Assembly: GCA_034669905.1 (NCBI GenBank)
Contig: JAXMOL010000031.1
Span: 1-64,000, forward strand
Source of the DNA: Candidatus Hydrogenedentota bacterium
Lineage (GTDB): Bacteria > Hydrogenedentota > Hydrogenedentia > Hydrogenedentales > JAEUWI01
DNA: 64,000 nt
Reading direction: 5' to 3'
Position numbers and translations under genes: made by a program. Shown piece by piece: positions 1 through 7,470 of this stretch; the stretch's first letter is position 1, and every line of letters starts with the position of its first letter. The notes under the pieces are model-generated. The model was not told the DNA's origin, ran no database searches, and saw only the letters and a list, made by a program, of their open reading frames with translations.

Positions 1-75
1 GCTGTTAATTCGCCTGCGGCGAATCACAGGCCCACGGTTCGCCGGAGGCGAATTCGAGTCCTGTCCGAGGTGCCA
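1..75 (+). tRNA. 3' part of a tRNA-Asn(GTT)-like gene interrupted by palindromic insertions (5' part lies outside the window; may be a pseudogene)
   Basis: Anticodon-loop-like CTGTTAA (2-8). T-stem ACAGG (26-30) pairs with CCTGT (60-64). T-loop TTCGAGT (53-59). 3' end CCGAGGT-G-CCA (65-75), followed by a terminator. Hairpins at 8-24 and 38-52 interrupt the cloverleaf. Confidence 0.6.
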
Positions 76-83
76 GTAATTCC

Positions 84-115
84 AAGCCGCGTAGTTTCGA
101 CTACGCGGCTTTTTT
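84..115 (+). terminator. Rho-independent terminator after the tRNA-like gene
   Basis: AAGCCGCGTAG/CTACGCGGCTT stem followed by a T run. Confidence 0.8.
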
Positions 116-130
116 GTATCCAATTGGTGG

Positions 131-441
131 CCGAATGCCAGCGGGCCGCTGGCGCGCCATACTTCATCGCTCCGAAGCAACCCCAAAGGGGTGACAGATT
201 GTAGCCTGGGGTGGAGCGAGGCACGAGCGGAACCCCAGGAAAAGGGACAAGATGCTTCATAAACCCCGAAGGGGTGGCACTGACTCATTCCAGAACAACA
301 ACACGGACTATCGCGCAGCCCACTTCTTTGCACCTGCGACGCGCTTCTGCTGTGCATCCGCGTACATGCTCCGCCGGGAATACGGCGCGCCGCACCGTAT
401 GCCACCAACATGGCGACCGAATGCCAGCTGGCCGCTGGCGC
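131..441. repeat. Cluster of REP-like palindromes
   Basis: CCGAATGCCAGC(G/T)GGCCGCTGGCGC at 131-155 and 417-441 (24/25 identical). AACCCC(A/G)AAGGGGTG at 179 and 262 flank a CCTGGGGT...ACCCCAGG hairpin (205-239). Confidence 0.7.
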
Positions 442-450
442 TCTATACGC

Positions 451-486
451 AAAAAGGCGACCTGTCACATGGGACAGGCCGCCTTC
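451..486 (-). terminator. Terminator of the DUF1080 gene
   Basis: Minus strand GAAGGCGGCCTGTC-ccatgt-GACAGGTCGCCTTTTT. Confidence 0.7.
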
Positions 487-502
487 TACAAACGCATTCA
501 GG

Positions 503-1516
503 TTATTTCACCACGGGCCGAAGCACGATATCGCGGTAAGTAACGCCCGTGTGGTCGCCCTGAAGGTAGATGGGGCCGGGACGAAACTCATCCGACCAAA
601 GGGCACCGCCGGTGCAACCGAGCAAGGGCTCATTGTCGATGACGAGCTTCCCGTTAAACTTGACGGTGATGTGACGGTCTACGAGGGTGATGTCCAGACG
701 CTGCCACTCCCCTGCGGGCTTCTCCGCCGCGACGAGGGGTGTAATCCGGCTATAGACGCCGCCCATGTGGTGGTTGTCCAATTCCATCCCATAACTGTCC
801 ATCACCTGGACCTCATAGATACCGCGAAGATAAACACCGCTGTTCCCGTCCTTCGGCACCTTGACGTCGAGGGTAATATTAAAATCTTCGAACTCCGCTT
901 CCGTCCGCAAATTGCCGTAGCGCTTGTGGGGCTTGCCTTCTTCCTGCACCGGGTCATTCACCAGGTGACCATCCTCCGCACGCCACCCATTGACCTGGTC
1001 CGGGTTGGTGAGGGTCCATCCACGAAGATCAATGCCGTTAAAGAGCACGACGGGATCACCGAATTTAACGGCACTCAAATCCGGGGCATCGGGCAGGGCC
1101 GGAATCCGCGTCCCAACAAATGGTTTTACGGTACTCCCCGAGCCATCACGGCTGACTTCTTCGAAGGTCAATTGCAGTCCATCGGCGCCATCCTTTTTCG
1201 CACGAATGGTCTCCGTGAAGCGCTGGGTACGCACGACCTCGCCCGCGTCATTCTTACGCTCCACATCGCGAATACGGGTCACCACGAGGGAGTCGCCCTC
1301 CATATAGACACTCTCCAGGGGAACGACACTGCCGCCACCCCAGAGTATTCGGCCATCGAGGTACCCCTTTTCCTGGGTTACTTCTAGCCAACCCGCACGT
1401 CCGGAAGGAATCGTCAGGGCCCAACGGCCAAGGAAGGGGCTTACCTCTTGCGCCACGACGGAAAGAGACGCCATAGCGGTCAGGACACACAGGAATAGAC
1501 GATGAGTAAGGGGCAT
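503..1516 (-). CDS. Secreted DUF1080 (3-keto-glycoside hydrolase/eliminase-like) protein
   Basis: Signal peptide; LFNGIDLRGW, GNSGVYLRGIYEVQV, KPAGEWQ and GPIYLQGDH motifs. Confidence 0.85.
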   Translation of the reverse strand: MPLTHRLFLCVLTAMASLSVVAQEVSPFLGRWALTIPSGRAGWLEVTQEKGYLDGRILWGGGSVVPLESVYMEGDSLVVTRIRDVERKNDAGEVVRTQRFTETIRAKKDGADGLQLTFEEVSRDGSGSTVKPFVGTRIPALPDAPDLSAVKFGDPVVLFNGIDLRGWTLTNPDQVNGWRAEDGHLVNDPVQEEGKPHKRYGNLRTEAEFEDFNITLDVKVPKDGNSGVYLRGIYEVQVMDSYGMELDNHHMGGVYSRITPLVAAEKPAGEWQRLDITLVDRHITVKFNGKLVIDNEPLLGCTGGALWSDEFRPGPIYLQGDHTGVTYRDIVLRPVVK

Positions 1517-1787
1517 GGGAAATCGCTCCAGATAAAGGGATCACAGGGAAAAACAACCGAAGACCGCGTTATAGCAAAGGCGGGGCCGAAGCGTCAACCA
1601 CACGGTCGCTCATCCCGACCTCACACGATTTCGATAGGCTGCCGATCTTGACCTCAACGACCTCCCTTCGCTATGGTTCCGGGGTGTCGTCGGGGACATT
1701 ACTTTTTCCAATTCGACGGGAGTGGCCCCCCTTTCTGGTCCAGGTCACCCCCACCACCCGCCCCGTTTGTCACAAGGAAGCTGTTCG

Positions 1788-3575
1788 ATGAAGTTCCCTC
1801 CTTTCGTTTCCCGCCTTTTGTTTGCGCTGCTCCTCTCCCTGGCCTGCCACGCCCAAAGCCCCCCTGCACCCGTCGACCTTATCGCCACGGTCATGGACAA
1901 GGCGGTCTCCCGGGTCTATGCGACCATGGACCAAACGACCCGGGCAGCCCTGACGCAGGAAAAGGCACTCGACCTCTTCGATGCGAAGGAACGGAAAATC
2001 CTCGCCACCGCTTATTGGCACTTTGACGTCGACGTCCCTGTGGTCGTGTCGGTGATGCACCATGGAGGGCAGGCCACTCCCCCTTTCTGGCTGTCGGAGT
2101 CCGGCTTTAAGAAAACCACGATGCAGGTGAAAAACGAATACTACACCTACGATGTCTGGCAAAAGCCTTTTGACGCAGGTACCGTTGGCCTCGGGATCAA
2201 CGGATTCGACCGCCACCGCAGCGTGTATTTCGTATCGGTGGCCCCACAAAACCCGGATGCCTCCGTGAAGATTAGTGCCCTCTACCCCAACGAGGCCGTG
2301 GGCACCATGGAACGGGGAGCCATGCTCTACCGGGATTGGGATAGCCTCGTTATCACAGAGTTGCCCGACGAGTTGGTTGGCCAGACGCTGCTCACCACCT
2401 ATCGCGGAAGAGCCCGGGAAGCCCATTTGTCTGGTGCTTTCCGCGAAACCCGGCACCCCTCCTCTCCCACGCCCGACCAAATCGCACTTTCCTGGACCGG
2501 AGATTCGGCCACCACGCAGGACATTCAATGGCGCACCGACACCAGCCAACAATCCGGCCTGGCCCGGTATCGTATACAGGGAAGTGAAACGTGGCAACAC
2601 GTGGAGGCCCCGCACGAAGTCATCCACGATCGCCTCCTGGCAAACGACCGATACATCCACCACTTTACCGCCCACCTGGAATCCCTCGTGCCGGCTACAA
2701 TGTATGAATACCAGGTCGGAACCGGGCAAGACACCGCGTGGAGCACGACCTACACCTTTCAGACGGGCCCCACCGGGACCCAGCCTTTTTCCTTTGGGGT
2801 CGGATCGGACACCCACGCCACGGAAGATGCCGGAAAAACCATTCAGGCAGCCTTCGCCCAGCAGGCTGACATGGCCTTTTTCATCGTGCCCGGGGATGTG
2901 GTAGACAATGGCCTCTATCGCAATGAGTGGGACGACTTCTTCGCCTATGGTGCCGGGGTATTCGAGCGCTATCCACTCATGTATTCGCTTGGTAACCACG
3001 ACGATCAGGACGGACTCGGCGCGGCCATCCCCCTGGCGCTCTTCGCGTACCCGGAAAACGGCCCCAAAACGGAAGTCCCGGAATCCAACTACAGTTTCAC
3101 CTACGGAAACGCCCTCTTTCTCATGCTGGGCGTGGATACCCAGCCCGCGGTGCAGGCGGCGTGGATGGACCGCGTTCTGTCCGAGTCTGACGCCACGTGG
3201 AAATTCGTCGTCCATCATTTCACCATGTACAACCCCTGCCTCTATCATGAATACGGTGTACTCCGAGATGCCTTATTGCCCGTGATAGAACGCCACCAGG
3301 TCGACATGGTGCTCCAGGGACACGTGCACGATTACATGCGGACCCATCCCATGAAGCAGGGCCAGATGGTGGACAATTTCGAGAACGGAACGGTATTCGT
3401 CAACGCCTGTGCCCAGGCCAGCGACGAGCCCGTCTTTCCCGCCCCCGACTATGTGGCGATGTACTTCCGAAATAAGGCCGTTTATCTCAACATACGTATC
3501 GACGGCAACCGGTTGACCTATGAGGCCCGCGGCCAGGATGGCACCCTGTTTGAAGCACTGGACATAAACAAGTAA
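1788..3575 (+). CDS. Secreted purple-acid-phosphatase-like metallophosphoesterase with FN3-like domain
   Basis: DTH, GDVVD, LGNHD and QGHVHDY motifs. Start placed at ATG 1788 after AAGGAAG; signal peptide follows. Confidence 0.85.
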   Translation: MKFPPFVSRLLFALLLSLACHAQSPPAPVDLIATVMDKAVSRVYATMDQTTRAALTQEKALDLFDAKERKILATAYWHFDVDVPVVVSVMHHGGQATPPFWLSESGFKKTTMQVKNEYYTYDVWQKPFDAGTVGLGINGFDRHRSVYFVSVAPQNPDASVKISALYPNEAVGTMERGAMLYRDWDSLVITELPDELVGQTLLTTYRGRAREAHLSGAFRETRHPSSPTPDQIALSWTGDSATTQDIQWRTDTSQQSGLARYRIQGSETWQHVEAPHEVIHDRLLANDRYIHHFTAHLESLVPATMYEYQVGTGQDTAWSTTYTFQTGPTGTQPFSFGVGSDTHATEDAGKTIQAAFAQQADMAFFIVPGDVVDNGLYRNEWDDFFAYGAGVFERYPLMYSLGNHDDQDGLGAAIPLALFAYPENGPKTEVPESNYSFTYGNALFLMLGVDTQPAVQAAWMDRVLSESDATWKFVVHHFTMYNPCLYHEYGVLRDALLPVIERHQVDMVLQGHVHDYMRTHPMKQGQMVDNFENGTVFVNACAQASDEPVFPAPDYVAMYFRNKAVYLNIRIDGNRLTYEARGQDGTLFEALDINK

Positions 3576-3641
3576 TCTGTTTCGGAGCGCGCGAGCCCCG
3601 CGCCCCGTTCGTCCTTGATACCTGAGCAAACCGGAGGCCCC

Positions 3642-4394
3642 ATGAACTTCGAAGATGTCGTTGCCTTTTTCTCGGCGCATCAAAACACGTTGTGGGGCCT
3701 CGCCGTTTGCCTGGACCTGAGCATGACCCTCGTGCTTTTTCGGCTTTTTGGCCGACAGGGGCTCTATGCGGTCATCGTGCTCAATATCATCCTGATGAAT
3801 CTGCAGGGGCCCAAGCTCACGACGATTTTTGGCATGCAGACCAGTCTGGGCATGATTATCTATTCGGGCATCTACTTCGCCACCGACCTCTTGAGTGAGC
3901 GCTATGGTAAACGTGAGGCCCACCGGGCGGTCATGATGGGCTTTGCCACGAGTATTATTGTCTTCGTGATCATGTCGGTGAGCCTCCTGTTTTTGCCCAC
4001 CCAGGACCCGGGCAAGCGGGAATTCGCTGAGGCCGCCCACGATGCCATCGCCCTCCTCTTTACGTTTTCGCCCCGTTTCGTCTTCGGCTCTCTCCTCGCC
4101 TACTTCATCAGTCAACACCTCGACGTGTGGACCTTCCACGCCCTGAAGGAGAAAACCGAAGGACGTATGCTCTGGCTCCGAAACAATCTCTCCACCATGA
4201 GCAGCCAATTGGTCGATACGACCCTCTATTCGGCCATCGTCTGGTGGGGCCTCTTCGACTTCAGCACCGCAGTCGAGTTGGCCGTGGCGAAGTATTTCTT
4301 CAAAGTGCTCATCGCGGCGCTGGACACCCCGTTCATCTACTGGGCGCGGAACTGGGACATGACCCGGCAGGACTGGCACGCGGCGGCGAACTAA
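3642..4394 (+). CDS. Queuosine precursor transporter (YhhQ/Vut_1 family)
   Basis: Membrane protein with TDLLSERYG, SLLAYFISQHLDV and WLRNNLSTMSSQLVDT; GGAGG RBS before ATG 3642. Confidence 0.85.
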   Translation: MNFEDVVAFFSAHQNTLWGLAVCLDLSMTLVLFRLFGRQGLYAVIVLNIILMNLQGPKLTTIFGMQTSLGMIIYSGIYFATDLLSERYGKREAHRAVMMGFATSIIVFVIMSVSLLFLPTQDPGKREFAEAAHDAIALLFTFSPRFVFGSLLAYFISQHLDVWTFHALKEKTEGRMLWLRNNLSTMSSQLVDTTLYSAIVWWGLFDFSTAVELAVAKYFFKVLIAALDTPFIYWARNWDMTRQDWHAAAN

Positions 4395-4482
4395 CCAAAC
4401 ACTAATAGTCCTCACGTAGGATCCCGGCTCAGGTCCACGTCGGCGCGCGGACCTCCTGAATCGCCAACCGAGGACCCCGTTG

Positions 4483-5823
4483 ATGCGTAGTCGCACCGCT
4501 GCCTGGCTGAATACCCACCCTACGACCTGGCTCCCCCTTTGGGCCATCGTCACCTCTTTCGCCACATATTTCTGTATGTATGCCTTTCGCAAACCATTTT
4601 CGGCGGCCAGTTACGAGGAGCTCGTGCTGTTGGGGGGCTATCTCACTCCCAAGACCGCCTTTGTGGTTAGTCAGGTGCTGGGCTATACGTTTTCGAAGTA
4701 TCTCGGAGTGAAGATCTGTGCCGAGATCACGCGCAAACAGCGGCTCTGGGCCCTTCTGGGTGCCATCGTTGTGGCGGAACTTGCCCTGCTGCTTTTCGCC
4801 GTGCTCCCTGGGAGCCTGAAGCTGGGTGCCATCTTTCTCAACGGCCTCCCCCTGGGTATGGTCTGGGGCTTTGTCGTTGCTTATCTCGAAGGCCGCCGCT
4901 CCTCCGAAATGCAGTTAGCCGGTCTCAGTTGCTCCTTCATCGTCGCAAGTGGCGTCGTGAAAGATGCCGGGCGCTGGGTACTCAGCCTGGGAGTTCCTGA
5001 AATCTGGATGCCCGTAACCACCGGCCTCCTCTTTCTGGTGCCCTTTCTCTTTTCCGCCTGGCTCCTCGACATGCTCCCCGAGCCCAATGAAGGTGATGTG
5101 GCGGAACGGGTGGAGCGCCGTCCCATGACGGGGGAAGAACGGATCGCCTTCTGTCGCCGCTTTGCCGTGGGACTGCTCTTCCTGCTCCTCGTCTACTTTG
5201 GCCTGACGGCATTCCGCGATTTTCGCGACAATTTTGGTGTGGAACTCTTCGCGGAACTGGGCTACGGTGAAGCGCCCGGCATTTTTTCACGAAGCGAACT
5301 TTGGGTCGCCCTGGGCGTCTTGGCGGCGCTGGTGCCCATTTCATGGATTCGTGATAACAACCTGGCACTAAAGGCGGTTTTTGGTATGCTTATCTTCGGC
5401 TGCGCCCTCATTGCTACGGGCTCGGCCTTGCTCCAGGCCCGTCAGATCAGCGGGGTCACCTGGATGATCCTCGTGGGTCTGGGGGCCTATATGGCCTATG
5501 TGCCCTTTGGCTCGGTACTCTTCGACCGTGTCGTTGCGGCCACCCGCACGGTGGGCACCGCCGTTTTCGCCATCTATCTCTGCGACTCTGTCGGCTACAC
5601 CGGTTCGGTCGCACTCATGTTTGCCAAAGACCTCTTTCAGGCCGATACCACCTATCTCGCCTTCTTCCTTAAGTTCAGTTATGTGCTCTCCCTGAGCGGC
5701 ATCGTGCTGCTCGCCCTCAGCTACCTTGACTTCGCCCGGGCTGCACGCCGCGCACATGCCCACGGGCGTCCACCCCGCCAGCAGCTGGAAATGGCACCGG
5801 CCGGTGCGGAAACAATCGACTAA
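4483..5823 (+). CDS. DUF5690-family MFS-like membrane protein
   Basis: FATYFCMYAFRKPF, NGLPLGMVWG, YLEGRR and RDFRDNF motifs; about 12 hydrophobic segments. Confidence 0.8.
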   Translation: MRSRTAAWLNTHPTTWLPLWAIVTSFATYFCMYAFRKPFSAASYEELVLLGGYLTPKTAFVVSQVLGYTFSKYLGVKICAEITRKQRLWALLGAIVVAELALLLFAVLPGSLKLGAIFLNGLPLGMVWGFVVAYLEGRRSSEMQLAGLSCSFIVASGVVKDAGRWVLSLGVPEIWMPVTTGLLFLVPFLFSAWLLDMLPEPNEGDVAERVERRPMTGEERIAFCRRFAVGLLFLLLVYFGLTAFRDFRDNFGVELFAELGYGEAPGIFSRSELWVALGVLAALVPISWIRDNNLALKAVFGMLIFGCALIATGSALLQARQISGVTWMILVGLGAYMAYVPFGSVLFDRVVAATRTVGTAVFAIYLCDSVGYTGSVALMFAKDLFQADTTYLAFFLKFSYVLSLSGIVLLALSYLDFARAARRAHAHGRPPRQQLEMAPAGAETID

Positions 5824-5886
5824 GCCCTCCGGGTCAGCCATTCTTTCCGACTGGACTACCCCCCTATCGTCATAGGCTAATTAAAT

Positions 5887-5916
5887 TTGATTCGGCCCTA
5901 TGAGAATTGGTAGACT
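5887..5916 (+). promoter_or_regulatory. Putative sigma70 promoter of the DEAD-box helicase
   Basis: TTGATT-18 nt-TAGACT with an extended TGn in an AT-rich patch. Confidence 0.45.
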
Positions 5917-6106
5917 GCTAATCAGTTCGGAATGAAGCGTACGTATCGCTTCCCCTCTTCCGACGCGGGAATGCTTCCCGCAGTTGCTCAACTTTCTCTC
6001 CGGTTCCACTCCCTTCCGAGTATTCCCACGCGTGTTTAGCTGAGCAAACAACCTCAGCTGCCGTGGTGACTTGCACCTATCGGCCCTTTTACGAAAGGGA
6101 CGCATC

Positions 6107-7369
6107 TTGTCCTTTAAAGAATTTGATATCCCCTCCCCCTGTTTGAATATTCTGCTGGAAAAAGGCATCGAAAATCCGACGCCTATCCAGGAACAAACCT
6201 TTGAGCCTGCCCTGGAGGGTGAAGACATCCTCGGTGTCGCCCAAACGGGTACCGGAAAAACCCTGGCATTCGCCCTGCCCTCCATCTGCGAGCTCTCCCG
6301 GCACAAGCCCGGACCCAGCCGCATGCTGGTCCTCTCCCCGACCCGTGAACTGGCAATCCAGATCCACGAAGTCGTTGAGCCCCTGGCGAAGGCCATGAAA
6401 ATGCGCAGCGCCTGCATCTACGGCGGCGTGGGAATGCAGCCACAGATTAAGGCCCTCCGTCGCGGTGTGGATATTATCATCGCCACGCCAGGCCGCCTGC
6501 TGGACCACCTCAATCAGAAAAACGTGCGCTTCAACAATCTCTCCATTCTGGTGTTTGATGAAGCGGACCGCATGCTGGACATGGGATTCCTGCCCGACAT
6601 CCGACGCATCGTTTCGACCTTGCCCCAGGAACGGCAGACCCTCATGTTCTCGGCCACCTTCGCCCCCGAAATGGCCCGACTCACCAAAGAATTTCAATAC
6701 AAGCCCCGCCGCATTGAAGTCGGTGTGGTTGCTACGCCAGCCGATGCCGTCACCCAGCACCTCTACACGGTGCGGACGGAAGACAAAACCGACCTGCTCT
6801 ATGACGTGCTTGGACAATCCGAGGTGGAGTCGTCCATCGTATTTATTCGCACGAAGTATCGCGCGGACCGGGTGGCCAAGCAATTGAAGCGCAAAGGCTT
6901 TAAGGCCCAGCCCATTCATGGCGGTCGCTCCCAGAATCAGCGCCAACGTGCATTGGAAGACTTCAAGGCCGGCAAGTGCAATATCCTCGTGGCTACCGAT
7001 GTCGCCGCGCGCGGTATCGATATCCAGGGCGTGACCCACGTCATTAATTTCGATATTCCCGGTCAGTACGATGACTACGTGCACCGCATCGGTCGGACGG
7101 CCCGCGCCCAGAAAAAGGGCGATGCCATCACCTTTGCCAGCCCCGACAACTCGAAAGAGCTGAACCAGATCGAAAAGGGCCTGGGCAAGCCCATTCCTGA
7201 AGTCGCCTGGAGTGGCTCCGTCGTCATCCCCCGCAATGTTCGTGCGACCAGCGGTGGTGGCGGAAGAGGCCGGAACAAGGGCTCTGGCAACGGCCATGCC
7301 AACAAGCAGGGCGGGAAGAAGCACTACGGTGGCCAGCGCAACCGTCGTCCCGCTCGGGCAGCCAGCTAA
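6107..7369 (+). CDS. DEAD-box ATP-dependent RNA helicase (RhlE-like)
   Basis: AQTGTGKT, PTRELA, TPGRLLD, DEAD, SAT and HRIGRT motifs; basic Gly-rich tail. Start likely TTG 6107 after GAAAGGGA. Confidence 0.95.
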   Translation: MSFKEFDIPSPCLNILLEKGIENPTPIQEQTFEPALEGEDILGVAQTGTGKTLAFALPSICELSRHKPGPSRMLVLSPTRELAIQIHEVVEPLAKAMKMRSACIYGGVGMQPQIKALRRGVDIIIATPGRLLDHLNQKNVRFNNLSILVFDEADRMLDMGFLPDIRRIVSTLPQERQTLMFSATFAPEMARLTKEFQYKPRRIEVGVVATPADAVTQHLYTVRTEDKTDLLYDVLGQSEVESSIVFIRTKYRADRVAKQLKRKGFKAQPIHGGRSQNQRQRALEDFKAGKCNILVATDVAARGIDIQGVTHVINFDIPGQYDDYVHRIGRTARAQKKGDAITFASPDNSKELNQIEKGLGKPIPEVAWSGSVVIPRNVRATSGGGGRGRNKGSGNGHANKQGGKKHYGGQRNRRPARAAS

Positions 7370-7407
7370 GCGCTCCCCCGCCCCGGAAAACTACCGTTAA
7401 ATACCAT

Positions 7408-7451
7408 ACGGCCCGGAAACTTCCCCTTTGGAAAGTTTCCGGGCCGTTTTT
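7408..7451 (+). terminator. Rho-independent terminator
   Basis: ACGGCCCGGAAACTT/AAGTTTCCGGGCCGT 15-bp stem plus TTTT. Confidence 0.85.
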
Positions 7452-7470
7452 CTATTGGAGTCGCCGGTCC

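Noticed and set aside
3576..3641. preQ1 riboswitch ahead of the queuosine precursor transporter
   Set aside because: The gap is short and GC-rich, lacking the GGTTC..CCC stem and A-rich tail
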